NCBI GenBank assembly: GCA_945881775.1 | Contig: CAMCVE010000004.1 | Coordinates: 46,690-110,689, forward strand | Direction of reading: 5' to 3' | Length of the DNA stretch: 64,000 nucleotides | Source of the DNA: Bacteriovorax stolpii | GTDB lineage: Bacteria; Bdellovibrionota; UBA2428 | Translations under genes and position numbers: made by a program | Notes under the pieces: generated by a model | Database searches by the model: none | Seen by the model: the letters and a program-made list of their open reading frames with translations, nothing else | What the model was told of the DNA's origin: nothing | Shown: positions 1 to 8,576 of the stretch, in pieces | Layout of the letters: every line of letters starts with the position of its first letter | Position numbering within the stretch: position 1 is the stretch's first letter

Positions 1-170
1 TGGGTTCGGGTCTTTCAGAGTCAAGACACGTATCGGGCTAATAAAGTGAAATCACTTGGGGATTTTTTTCTTAACACATTGAATCATAATCCAGTTACAA
101 TGAAATCTAAATAAATCCTTAAAGATCCCGATAAGACACTTAGGAATTCGAACTTAAGAAGGGGAATAAC

Positions 171-941
171 ATGAGTTCTGCGGCACACGCTTACGACTGG
201 CAAGACGAACAACCGTCGCCTGACCTAGGGAAAACTTTGATGGTGATCGAGGATGATCCTGATCTCCAGAGCATCCTCACTTACAACCTCCAAAAGGCTG
301 GCTTTAAGGTTCGCTGCTTCTCGAAAGCAGAAGACGTCCTGAAAGTCCTTGATGCGGCTCCAGATAGCACTCCAGCGGCCTTCCTCGTGGATATCAACTT
401 GGCTGGCAACATGAACGGTCTGGAACTCACCAAGTTCCTGCGTCAGTCCAAACAGACTTCAAAGCTTCCGATTGTCATGCTCACGGCTCGCGGTGAGACA
501 AATGATGTCGTCACAGGGCTGCATGAAGGCGCCGACGACTACATCCCCAAACCCTTCGAAATGGAAATTCTCCTCGCTCGTGTTCACAGCTGTCTGCGCC
601 GCGCAGAAAGCAACCCTGGCCCGATTAAAGGGGGTCGCACCAAACTCTCCAGCTCAGGTATCGATGTTGATCCTGTGTCTCATAAAGTCATCGTGGACGG
701 ATCCGATGTGCAACTGACGGCTTTTGAATACGGTCTGCTTACGAGCTTCATGTCGCGTCCCAACGAAGTCCTCTCGCGTGACGATCTCCTTCTCCGCATT
801 GTCGGACCCAACAAGGTTGTCACCGGTCGGACCATCGACGTTCACATCCGCGCCCTTCGCGCGAAACTCGGAACCAAGCGCGCTGATCACATCACGACTG
901 TTCGTGGTTTCGGTTACAAGTTCGTTCCCGGCACCTATTAG
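171..941 (+). CDS. OmpR/PhoB-family response regulator (receiver + winged-helix DNA-binding domain)
   Basis: 256-aa ORF. Receiver signature: MVIEDDPDL, acceptor Asp in FLVDINL, LTARGE, KPF. C-terminus is trans_reg_C-like: VDVHIRALRAKLG...TVRGFGYKF. A purine-rich AAGAAGGGGA run lies just upstream of ATG 171. Confidence 0.9.
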   Translation: MSSAAHAYDWQDEQPSPDLGKTLMVIEDDPDLQSILTYNLQKAGFKVRCFSKAEDVLKVLDAAPDSTPAAFLVDINLAGNMNGLELTKFLRQSKQTSKLPIVMLTARGETNDVVTGLHEGADDYIPKPFEMEILLARVHSCLRRAESNPGPIKGGRTKLSSSGIDVDPVSHKVIVDGSDVQLTAFEYGLLTSFMSRPNEVLSRDDLLLRIVGPNKVVTGRTIDVHIRALRAKLGTKRADHITTVRGFGYKFVPGTY

Positions 942-959
942 AAAGTAAATGGTTCCCGT

Positions 960-1595
960 TTGGATTCCAAAACGGCTCAAAACATTGTTCGGGAGAGCGG
1001 CCTTGAGCCAGCTCTCCCGTTCCTAATTTTTGGAGAATCCACTGAGCTTCTGTATGTGAATACGCGCATGCGCGAGATGCTCTCGCCGTCTGGCACAGGC
1101 GGGATTCCAAAGGATCTCCTGGAACTCGAAAAGGTATGGCCCTTTTTCAACGAATTCCAGGGCGCTCCCGCATTTTTGGGGAGCATCTCTAAAACAAAAC
1201 CCTCGAAGAAAACCGAGGTGTTGTACGCCGAAGCCTATCTGAAAACTTTCCGTATCCACATCGCCTTTCACAAGAGGCAGCAAGTGGTTGTCGCTGAACT
1301 GGTGCGTTCGGGCGATTTGCTCGAAGATGTCGAAGCTCGCCAGGTTCTGTTTCGATCACTCTCGCATGAAATCCGCACAGCCGTGATGGCACTCATGGGT
1401 TACACCCAGATGGTTGGAGATAAGGCTCCGGATGCTCGTCTCGAGCTCGAGGGTATACGCAATGCGCTTTCTCGACTTGAGGGCGTGGTTCGTCGTTTGG
1501 ACGACTTCAAAGCGGAACTCAAAGTCTTGCAGGAAACCGAAAAACCCGTTTCGCGTGGCACCGCCAAAACTGCTTCTAAGGGCGGCAAGAAGTGA
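960..1595 (+). CDS. HisKA (DHp) phosphoacceptor-domain protein lacking a kinase ATP-binding domain; possible PAS-like N-terminus
   Basis: 211-aa ORF with a TTG start 19 nt after the regulator stop. H-box FRSLSHEIRTAVMALMGYTQMV is followed by only about 70 aa, so there is no room for the N/G1/F/G2 boxes. The N-terminal ~120 aa is unassigned. Confidence 0.6.
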   Translation: MDSKTAQNIVRESGLEPALPFLIFGESTELLYVNTRMREMLSPSGTGGIPKDLLELEKVWPFFNEFQGAPAFLGSISKTKPSKKTEVLYAEAYLKTFRIHIAFHKRQQVVVAELVRSGDLLEDVEARQVLFRSLSHEIRTAVMALMGYTQMVGDKAPDARLELEGIRNALSRLEGVVRRLDDFKAELKVLQETEKPVSRGTAKTASKGGKK

Positions 1596-1924
1596 GCGTC
1601 GCGAAACTTGAAATTGAACTGATCTCTTCGAATGGCGAGGTTTCAAGATTTGAAGCCAAGTCTGGCGGCCAAGTCTCGTTGCTCGAGTTGTGTGAAGACG
1701 CGGGGGTGAATGCGCCCTTCGGATGTCGCGTGGGGACCTGTGGCACTTGCGTCGTCCGTGTTCTGGAAGGGCTCGAGCTGCTTCATCAAGCTCAACAAAT
1801 GGAAGAGGACACCTTGGCGCGAATTTCTGAGCCTGTGGGAGCTCCTCTGAGGCTTGCGTGTCGTGCGACAGTTAAAGACGGCGCGCGAGGCCTGATTCGA
1901 CTCGAAAAAGTGCTGATTCGCTGA
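1592..1924 (+). CDS. [2Fe-2S] ferredoxin (plant-type/adrenodoxin-like fold)
   Basis: 110-aa ORF whose GTG start overlaps the upstream stop (GTGA). Cys cluster C-x4-C-x2-C in GCRVGTCGTCVV, plus a distal Cys in LRLACRA. Confidence 0.8.
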   Translation: MSVAKLEIELISSNGEVSRFEAKSGGQVSLLELCEDAGVNAPFGCRVGTCGTCVVRVLEGLELLHQAQQMEEDTLARISEPVGAPLRLACRATVKDGARGLIRLEKVLIR

Positions 1925-2123
1925 GGGGGTCTGTGCGCCGTCTCAAAGTCTGCTTAAGAAAAGAGCAAGTTTCTGTGCGGGTACAAGGTCCCCGAGAACC
2001 GTGATGACGAATCTCAGGCTCTCCCACACACAGGCCTTCGATAAAACCTGGATGGCAGGGCATGCGGAAACGAACCCGAAGTTTTACGCAGGTCTGCGAT
2101 CAAATGCGGCTTCGCTCAAAAAA

Positions 2124-2657
2124 TCAAAGTAAAAATATTAGGACAAGAAGTCCTAGCAGTGCCACGCCGTTGGCCTGAACGCTCGCACGATGCAAGAACT
2201 GGAACTGCTCCTGCGCCGCTGGGTCGGGAACTTGGGCATAGAGAAGAGGGCGCAGCGAATTGAGTTCAGGAGTGATCCACCAAAGACTGATTGCGTACAC
2301 GAGCATTGCGAGCAGAGTGAGAGCCATCGCAACTCGAAATCGGATTGTTGAGAGCTGGCGCGTGCCTGCGCCTGGGTTCGTGAAGAGTTCGCCGACGATA
2401 CCCCGAGAATTGGAGGTGATCGGGCGGACTCCAAAACCTTGAGTCGCGACGAGGCTCAAGAGAACAATCAACCCGCAAAGCAGTCCGGCTGTGTAATAGG
2501 CGGGGAAAATCGAGCCTTGGAGTTCGGCGGCCATGGGACGCGGCAGGATCGTGAACACGCGTGGCGCAAAGATGGCGATAAAAAAGAGCATCTGTCCAAC
2601 CCAGAAACAGAGTGCGATTTTGCGTAAATAACAAAGCAGGCCGAGAACGAAATTCAC
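2124..2657 (-). CDS. Integral membrane protein, DUF4149/TMEM205-like
   Basis: 177-aa ORF with several hydrophobic helices. The N-terminal CFWVGQMLFFIAIFAPRVF...IFPAYY resembles DUF4149 from memory. Its start abuts the stop of the upstream gene at 2658. Confidence 0.55.
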   Translation of the reverse strand: MNFVLGLLCYLRKIALCFWVGQMLFFIAIFAPRVFTILPRPMAAELQGSIFPAYYTAGLLCGLIVLLSLVATQGFGVRPITSNSRGIVGELFTNPGAGTRQLSTIRFRVAMALTLLAMLVYAISLWWITPELNSLRPLLYAQVPDPAAQEQFQFLHRASVQANGVALLGLLVLIFLL

Positions 2658-4319
2658 CTAGGCCTCCGCCATAATAAGAGACCTAAAGAAACGAGGATCA
2701 GGGCGCTTGGTGGGCGAGTTCTTGACGAAGTAGCTAAGGTCGTCGACGAGGGCACCCAGTCGTTTTTGAAGCAGAGGCTTGGCGGCGGGGGGCGCTTGTT
2801 CTGCGATCATTTCGAGTGCCTTACGGAATTTGTCGGTATCAAAACGTGCCACGCCGCGAGTCCAGTCTTCGGCTGTTAGTGGACGTGCATCGAGCGCGAT
2901 GTCGGTCGGCGTGTCGCTGAGCGATTGCTGACGGAACACAAGTGTTGCGAGGCGTGCGTAAGCGCTTTCACCGGGTCGAAGCGGATCAGCTGTAAACCGT
3001 AAGGTGGCTTCGAGGCTTTCGAGGAAGAATTTTTGTACCCAGCCAAGACCTGCGAGGCGCTCTCCGACTTTAAGGACAGACTCGAGCTCTTGAAGGGGGC
3101 CTACTTTGAGTCCGCCGCCGATATCTTGGGCCACGCGCGCATCAAGTTCGGGATGGCGGACTTGAAGCGATTCGATCAGGATGCCGTCGATGTCTCCGAA
3201 GAATCGGGTGTGAACGTTTTTGACGAGTTGCTTTGAGGCTTTTTGAAGATCTTGCACCACAAGCCAGCCAAGACGGTAGACGCTTGAGAGGGGTTGCGTT
3301 TCGAGCCACTGAGCCCCGCCTGCGGCGCTGCCTTGAGCAAGATACGCAAGTCCAAGGTCGAGGTATTTGCGCGTGCGAGCCGTGGCTTTGCTGATTTCCT
3401 CCAAGTCGGAGTGAATGAGGTGATCGGCCGCTAGAGCTGCGTTGACAGTACGAATGATCTCTTGGAGGAGGACCTCTTTGAGAACGGGGCTTTGGATTTC
3501 GGCGAGAGCCTTGGCGAGGAAGCCATCAGCTGCCATCGGCTCAGAGATGACGCTGGGCCACCATTCCTCGGGCATCAGGGGTTCATGGTTCTCGTCGGCG
3601 TCGTCCAGGGAGCGGACACGTGTTTTCTGCGATTTTGATATAGGAGCATCGCTGAGTTCCTTGCGGAGTGCAGCGGCTGTGCCATGGGCATAGAGGGCCT
3701 GCGCTTCGTGGGCGTCGACAAACCCCATATCTTCGAGGCGACCCTTCTTGATTGTGTAGGCAAATTCTTCGAGGTCGCTGATCTGCTCCCACTTGCAAGA
3801 CTCAAGATGGCGGCGCATGACGTCGAGACTTGCAGCCGAAAGCCGATTGAGCCACTGAAAGAGTGCTTCACGAATCTCAGGATTCTCGGTCTTTAGGATG
3901 AGTGCGTATTTTGAATCAGGGCTGAGGAGATATTCATTGTCGGGACGATCCAGAGGTTCTGTGGGAAGGAAGTCCAAAACTTCGCAGACACCCATGAGAG
4001 TGCGCACGACGATCTCCGAATCCAGACGAGTCATGTATTGCAGGAGTTTGCTTGGAGAAAGCTGGCAGAGGGATTTGAAGGTGTCCTCAGCGCGTTCTTG
4101 AAGGAACTCGGGTCCATCCCAAGCTTCGAGATCCATGAGGCCTTGAACTTGTTCTGGGAGGGCGTTCTCGTAGAACCACATCGCTGTCTCAGCATCTGCA
4201 GCCTTGAGTGCAAGGAAGAGAGTCTCGACGGGGAGTTCATGGAGAATTTCAATCTCCATGTCGGGTTGGACCTGGGGAAATCTCGGCAGAACGGGACTAA
4301 CAAGTGAGCGTAAGCTCAT
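2658..4319 (-). CDS. Hypothetical soluble protein (553 aa), last-but-one gene of the oxidase/SCO operon
   Basis: Long uninterrupted ORF with no signal peptide or TM segment; acidic and helical-looking. ATGA start/stop overlap with the sco-like gene at 4316-4319. No domain recognised with confidence. Confidence 0.6.
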   Translation of the reverse strand: MSLRSLVSPVLPRFPQVQPDMEIEILHELPVETLFLALKAADAETAMWFYENALPEQVQGLMDLEAWDGPEFLQERAEDTFKSLCQLSPSKLLQYMTRLDSEIVVRTLMGVCEVLDFLPTEPLDRPDNEYLLSPDSKYALILKTENPEIREALFQWLNRLSAASLDVMRRHLESCKWEQISDLEEFAYTIKKGRLEDMGFVDAHEAQALYAHGTAAALRKELSDAPISKSQKTRVRSLDDADENHEPLMPEEWWPSVISEPMAADGFLAKALAEIQSPVLKEVLLQEIIRTVNAALAADHLIHSDLEEISKATARTRKYLDLGLAYLAQGSAAGGAQWLETQPLSSVYRLGWLVVQDLQKASKQLVKNVHTRFFGDIDGILIESLQVRHPELDARVAQDIGGGLKVGPLQELESVLKVGERLAGLGWVQKFFLESLEATLRFTADPLRPGESAYARLATLVFRQQSLSDTPTDIALDARPLTAEDWTRGVARFDTDKFRKALEMIAEQAPPAAKPLLQKRLGALVDDLSYFVKNSPTKRPDPRFFRSLIMAEA

Positions 4320-5056
4320 CGTGCAAGCTCCGCAGCCTTGAGCGGATTTGTATTCGCCAGGATGCCGAGCGTTTTGATAATTTGGTCGAGCTGCTTGTCG
4401 TTGTTACCTTGCATGTAAGCACGGATGTTGCCGATCTGATCGACCAGTACAAAGTGTTCTCCGTGCGTGACTTCCATGAGGTCCATCGTCATCTCATTTT
4501 TGGAGGGGGCCACAGCTTTGCCGTTTGCGTCGGCCACGACGGTCGGCGCTTTTTTGCTGGGGTCGAGCTTGGGGTTGTCCATGGCGACTTTGAAGCCTCC
4601 GACGATGGTGTCGTAGATCTGCATGAGATCACCCGTGAGGAAGCTCCAGCTTGAAAAACGCGCGTTGAATTTTTCGCCGTAGGCTTTGAGCACAGCAGGC
4701 GTGTCGGTGTCTGGATCCACAGAGATCGAGACCATGCGGATGATAGGCGCTGCCGTAACCAAGCGGGATTGGATTTTTTCCATTTGCTTGGAGAGGAGAG
4801 GGCAAACATCAGGACAGCTGGTGAAAATGAAGTTCACCAGGAGTACGCCACCGCGGTATTCGGTGTTGTAGGTGATGGCGCGGCCCTCTTGATTGACGAG
4901 TTTGAAATCAGGAACCTGTCCGAGGATAGGAGGGAGCTTCGGCTGAGGGCTTGTGAAGCTAAAGTACAGAGGAACCGCGAAGAGCGTGAGGACGATGAAG
5001 ATCCAGGCGAGGGGTTTTTCAAAAATGACGCTGATAGAGTTTTTCTTTTGGACCAT
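4316..5056 (-). CDS. SCO1/SenC-family copper chaperone (thioredoxin fold) for cytochrome oxidase CuA assembly
   Basis: 246-aa ORF with an N-terminal TM anchor. CxxxC motif in FIFTSCPDVCPLL and a distal His in VTHGEHFVLVD. Lies within the oxidase operon. Confidence 0.85.
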   Translation of the reverse strand: MVQKKNSISVIFEKPLAWIFIVLTLFAVPLYFSFTSPQPKLPPILGQVPDFKLVNQEGRAITYNTEYRGGVLLVNFIFTSCPDVCPLLSKQMEKIQSRLVTAAPIIRMVSISVDPDTDTPAVLKAYGEKFNARFSSWSFLTGDLMQIYDTIVGGFKVAMDNPKLDPSKKAPTVVADANGKAVAPSKNEMTMDLMEVTHGEHFVLVDQIGNIRAYMQGNNDKQLDQIIKTLGILANTNPLKAAELAR

Positions 5057-5109
5057 GCCTTGGAGGGTTTAGGCCGCCCTGGTGAGGGCGTCAACGAAAC
5101 TTCGTGGGC

Positions 5110-5147
5110 GAGGCGATCGGGTTCCTCTCAAAGGAAACGATCGCCTC
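5110..5147 (-). repeat. Inverted repeat / stem-loop between the cytochrome c and sco genes (function unknown)
   Basis: gaggcgatcg (5110-5119) is the exact reverse complement of cgatcgcctc (5138-5147). Inner ttcc/ggaa pairing is also possible. No U-run follows, so it is not a classical intrinsic terminator. Confidence 0.3.
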
Positions 5148-5159
5148 TTCCAATAGAAC

Positions 5160-6092
5160 TTAGGGCTGTTGGCTACTGGAGTTGGTCGCGGCGCTAGACG
5201 CCGTGCCGCGTTTTTCTTCCAGGGCATTCATGAACTCGGCGCGGGTTTTCCAGTCCCATTTCAGCTTCTGGAGCGACTCGACGTAGTAAGCCAGCGCCCA
5301 AAGGTTCTTTTCATCTTCGACTTTGTCGCCGGTCACGGACAACATGCCTCGCCATGCGGGCATGGTGGTTCCGTTCACGCCCAGAACCAAACGGCGGTAG
5401 ATTTCCGGGCGCGTGCGCGCACTGCGCAGGTGATGGCGGGTCAAATCGGGTGGCATGTAAGAGTGTCCGTAGCTTGAGCCTTGTATGACAGAAAGATGGG
5501 GGTTCTCACGGATCGAATCGACTCCCTGACCCGTCACTTCCTTGGAATAGGCGCTGATCTCGGGGGTGCTCGCGTAGGAGGGATGGCAGGTGTAGCACTG
5601 TGCCAGGCCATGATAGATCTTTCGACCTTGCTCAATCGCTTGGCTGGCGAGCTGGGGTCCCCAGGGATCGTCGGTCCATTCGAGCGAAGTGCCCGCCTTT
5701 TCGGTCTGCCACTTCGGTGAGAAGGTCTTGATGTACTGAACGACGGCATCGAGGCGTTCGTCTGAAATGTCCCATGGAAGCATCGGGGTGCCGTTGAGTC
5801 CTTGGCGGATGATATGAGCTAGATTCTCGTCTGTGGGCAATTCTCCCAAAGAAACGGTTCCGAACTTGAAGAGGCCCGACTTGAAGTTGCGGGGTGCTGG
5901 AACCATACCCTGCGCTGCGGGCCCGAGGCCGTCGCCCAGGACTCCATGGCACTGCATGCAATAGTTGTTGTAGGTCTCCCAGCCGAGGTTGAGCTTTTTG
6001 GCCGAAACCCACTCGCCTCCGAGTTTCTTGGGAGCGTCAAATGGCTTCTTGGCGCAGGACGCAAGCGCCACAAGTCCAAAGAGAAGCGTCAT
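5160..6092 (-). CDS. Dihaem c-type cytochrome, probable lipoprotein
   Basis: Two CxxCH motifs (CMQCH, CYTCH). The longest ORF, starting at 6206, overlaps the upstream gene by 64 nt. The internal ATG at 6092 gives a lipoprotein-type signal, MTLLFGLVALASC. Confidence 0.8.
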   Translation of the reverse strand: MTLLFGLVALASCAKKPFDAPKKLGGEWVSAKKLNLGWETYNNYCMQCHGVLGDGLGPAAQGMVPAPRNFKSGLFKFGTVSLGELPTDENLAHIIRQGLNGTPMLPWDISDERLDAVVQYIKTFSPKWQTEKAGTSLEWTDDPWGPQLASQAIEQGRKIYHGLAQCYTCHPSYASTPEISAYSKEVTGQGVDSIRENPHLSVIQGSSYGHSYMPPDLTRHHLRSARTRPEIYRRLVLGVNGTTMPAWRGMLSVTGDKVEDEKNLWALAYYVESLQKLKWDWKTRAEFMNALEEKRGTASSAATNSSSQQP

Positions 6093-6142
6093 GTTGAAAA
6101 TCCGATTGTATTGCACCGTCACCGTGTCCTCCGAAATATCTT

Positions 6143-6724
6143 TCAGTACCAAACTAGAAGCAAATAGGTGAGAACCCACACCAATCCCAAGAAATGCCAG
6201 AACCACGACGTGAGTTTGGGGGACTCTGAAGTGGGGCTGAGGCTGGGATTTGCGAGCTTACGCGAAATCCAGAGCAGCGGCAGAAAAGCCACGATCACGT
6301 GCAGCCCGTGCACGATGATCAGAGTGTAGTTGATGGAAGCGAAGGGTCCCTTCGCGACGCGCAGACCCTGATCCCACATCTGACGAAGAAACATGACTTG
6401 CAGGCCCACAAAAACCAGACCCAGAGCGAGGCCCGCGTTCCAGTAGTGGCGAGCCGATTTGCGCAGGCCTTCACCGAAATACTTGACCGAGAAATGCATT
6501 GCGCCCGACGACAGCACCACAACGAGTGTGCTCAAGGTGCTGAGTTGCTTGCCGAGGGGCTCCGTGCCAATCGGGGGCCAAACGGATTGGCGTGCGCGGA
6601 TGAGAAGGTAGCTCAGCAGAAGCGTCGAAAAAAGCATGGTGAACGACGCGAGCAAGACAAACATGCCCAGCTCCGCGTTCGTAAGGCGCTTATTCGGTTG
6701 CGCTGCCAAAGCTTCTCCCATCAA
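6143..6724 (-). CDS. Haem-copper oxidase subunit III-like membrane protein
   Basis: 193-aa ORF with about 5 TM helices. C-terminal HGLHVIVAF and FWHFLGLVWVLTYLL resemble the subunit III signature WHFVDVVW. Lies immediately downstream of subunit I. Confidence 0.7.
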   Translation of the reverse strand: MMGEALAAQPNKRLTNAELGMFVLLASFTMLFSTLLLSYLLIRARQSVWPPIGTEPLGKQLSTLSTLVVVLSSGAMHFSVKYFGEGLRKSARHYWNAGLALGLVFVGLQVMFLRQMWDQGLRVAKGPFASINYTLIIVHGLHVIVAFLPLLWISRKLANPSLSPTSESPKLTSWFWHFLGLVWVLTYLLLVWY

Positions 6725-6740
6725 TTGATGCTCCTCTTGA

Positions 6741-8543
6741 TCAGCCGTTTTTGTGGCTGATGCCCTCGATGTATTCGTCTTGGCGGATGAAGTCGCGGTC
6801 AGTCACCTTGGGGTGGCTGAACTCGTGAGGCCCGTTGTAGACGGTCGGGATCTTGTCAAAATTGTAGTAGGGCGCGGGTGAGGGAATCGTCCATTCGAGA
6901 GTGCCGAGATACCATGGGTTGGGACCGCTCACGGAACCCTTTTTTCGCGAGACGAAGTAGTTGTACACAAACACGAGCTGCGCCGAGAAGGCGATCGCAA
7001 CCGCGATACCGATGTACTGGTTCAGGCGCAGGAGATGCTGAAGGTAGTTGTACTCGTAGGGGTTGTAGATACGGCGGTGCATGCCGGCATAACCCGCAAC
7101 CATCATCATCATAAAGATGTAGACGATCGGCAGGAACGAAGCCCAAAAATGAATTTGGCCGAGCCGCGTGTTCATCATGCGTCCGTACATCTTCGGGAAA
7201 TAGAAGTAGATTGCTCCGTAACTCGCGAGCAAACTCGATGCTGCCATCGTGAGATGGAAGTGACCGACTACGAAGTAGGTGTTGTGTAGGAGCAGGTTTG
7301 TGGACACTGCCGCAAGGTGCAGGCCCGTCAGCCCCCCCAGTCCGAAGGTGAAGACCATGCCCATCGCAAAAAGCATCGGCACCGTGAAATGGATCGAGCC
7401 GCGCCAGAGCGTGCCAAGCCAGTTCAGGAAGAAGATACCAGAGGGAATTGAGATCAGGAGGGTGAGGGTTGTGAACGCGGAGGTGAGCAGCGGAGAGAGG
7501 CCTGTGGTGAACATGTGGTGGCCATAGACAACTGCAGAAAGAATGGAAATCGCGGTCATTGAGATTGCGGTCGCCTTATAGCCAAACGCCGGCTTGCGCG
7601 AGAAGAAGGAGAGGAAGTCCGAGACGAGTCCCCACGCAGGAAGAATGACGATGTAAACTTCAGGGTGTCCGAAGATCCAGAACAAATGCTGATAGAGGAT
7701 CGGGTCGCCCTGGGTTCCGGCTTCTGAAATCGAGGCTGCGAGGAAGAAGGTCGTTCCAAATTCACGGTCGATCAGAAGAAGTAGAAGTCCTGCTGTGAGG
7801 ACGGGTAGGAAAAGCGCGTTGAGGATCGAAGTGAGGAAAAGACCCCAAAGAGTGAGGGGCAAATCTCTCCAGCGCATGCCGGGAGCGCGCAAGCGGATGA
7901 TGGTGGAGATGTAGTTCACGGCGCCCATGATGCTGGCCGTGCCCGCAAGGAAGAGTGAGACCAGCCAGAGTGAATGGCCCGGACCATTGGACCACTGACT
8001 GTGCGCGAGGGTAGGGTAAGAGGTCCAGCCCACCGCGGAAGGGCCCATCGGAACAAAGATCGAATACATGAGCAGAGCACCCGAGGCGACCGAGACCCAG
8101 AAGCTCGCCATGTTGAGCCATGGGAAGAGCATGTCGCGTGCACCGATCATGAGAGGGATTGAATAGTTACCTAGGAATCCGATGATGATCGGCGTTAGCG
8201 CAAAGAAGATCATGATCGTTCCGTGCATCGTAAAGAGCGCGTTATAGAAGTCTGGAGGAATCACGCCGTTCGACGAGGGGAAGAGCAGGTTGCCGATGAG
8301 AGGGAAGGGTTGGCCAGGCATGGCAAGGCACCAACGAATCATCACAGACATCAGCGCACCGACGAAGCCCCAGAAGAGGCCGAAGATCAGGAACTGCTTC
8401 GCGATCACTTTGTGGTCGTAGCTGAAAACGTATTTGGTCCAGAACGACGTTGGCTCCGGATGGAGGTGGTCGTCGTGGTGAGAGAAGAGACCCTGCCCAT
8501 GGTGGGCGTCGTGATTGTTGTGGGTGGTGTCGATGGTGCTCAT
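6741..8543 (-). CDS. ctaD: Cytochrome c oxidase subunit I (A-type haem-copper oxidase)
   Basis: 600-aa polytopic ORF with canonical motifs: FWIFGHPEVYIVILPAWG, YGHHMFTTG, VGHFHLTMA. Confidence 0.95.
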   Translation of the reverse strand: MSTIDTTHNNHDAHHGQGLFSHHDDHLHPEPTSFWTKYVFSYDHKVIAKQFLIFGLFWGFVGALMSVMIRWCLAMPGQPFPLIGNLLFPSSNGVIPPDFYNALFTMHGTIMIFFALTPIIIGFLGNYSIPLMIGARDMLFPWLNMASFWVSVASGALLMYSIFVPMGPSAVGWTSYPTLAHSQWSNGPGHSLWLVSLFLAGTASIMGAVNYISTIIRLRAPGMRWRDLPLTLWGLFLTSILNALFLPVLTAGLLLLLIDREFGTTFFLAASISEAGTQGDPILYQHLFWIFGHPEVYIVILPAWGLVSDFLSFFSRKPAFGYKATAISMTAISILSAVVYGHHMFTTGLSPLLTSAFTTLTLLISIPSGIFFLNWLGTLWRGSIHFTVPMLFAMGMVFTFGLGGLTGLHLAAVSTNLLLHNTYFVVGHFHLTMAASSLLASYGAIYFYFPKMYGRMMNTRLGQIHFWASFLPIVYIFMMMMVAGYAGMHRRIYNPYEYNYLQHLLRLNQYIGIAVAIAFSAQLVFVYNYFVSRKKGSVSGPNPWYLGTLEWTIPSPAPYYNFDKIPTVYNGPHEFSHPKVTDRDFIRQDEYIEGISHKNG

Positions 8544-8576
8544 TTCGTCTTCCTCTAGTAACTTAAAATCCAGAAA

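Noticed and set aside
71-101. Possible sigma70 promoter, TTAACA (71-76) ... TACAAT (96-101), upstream of the response regulator
   Set aside because: The spacer is 19 nt, outside the usual 16-18 nt. It cannot be supported without transcription start data.
6093-6206. N-terminal extension of the cytochrome c ORF
   Set aside because: It overlaps the upstream coxIII-like gene by 64 nt. The internal ATG 6092 yields a proper lipoprotein signal peptide.
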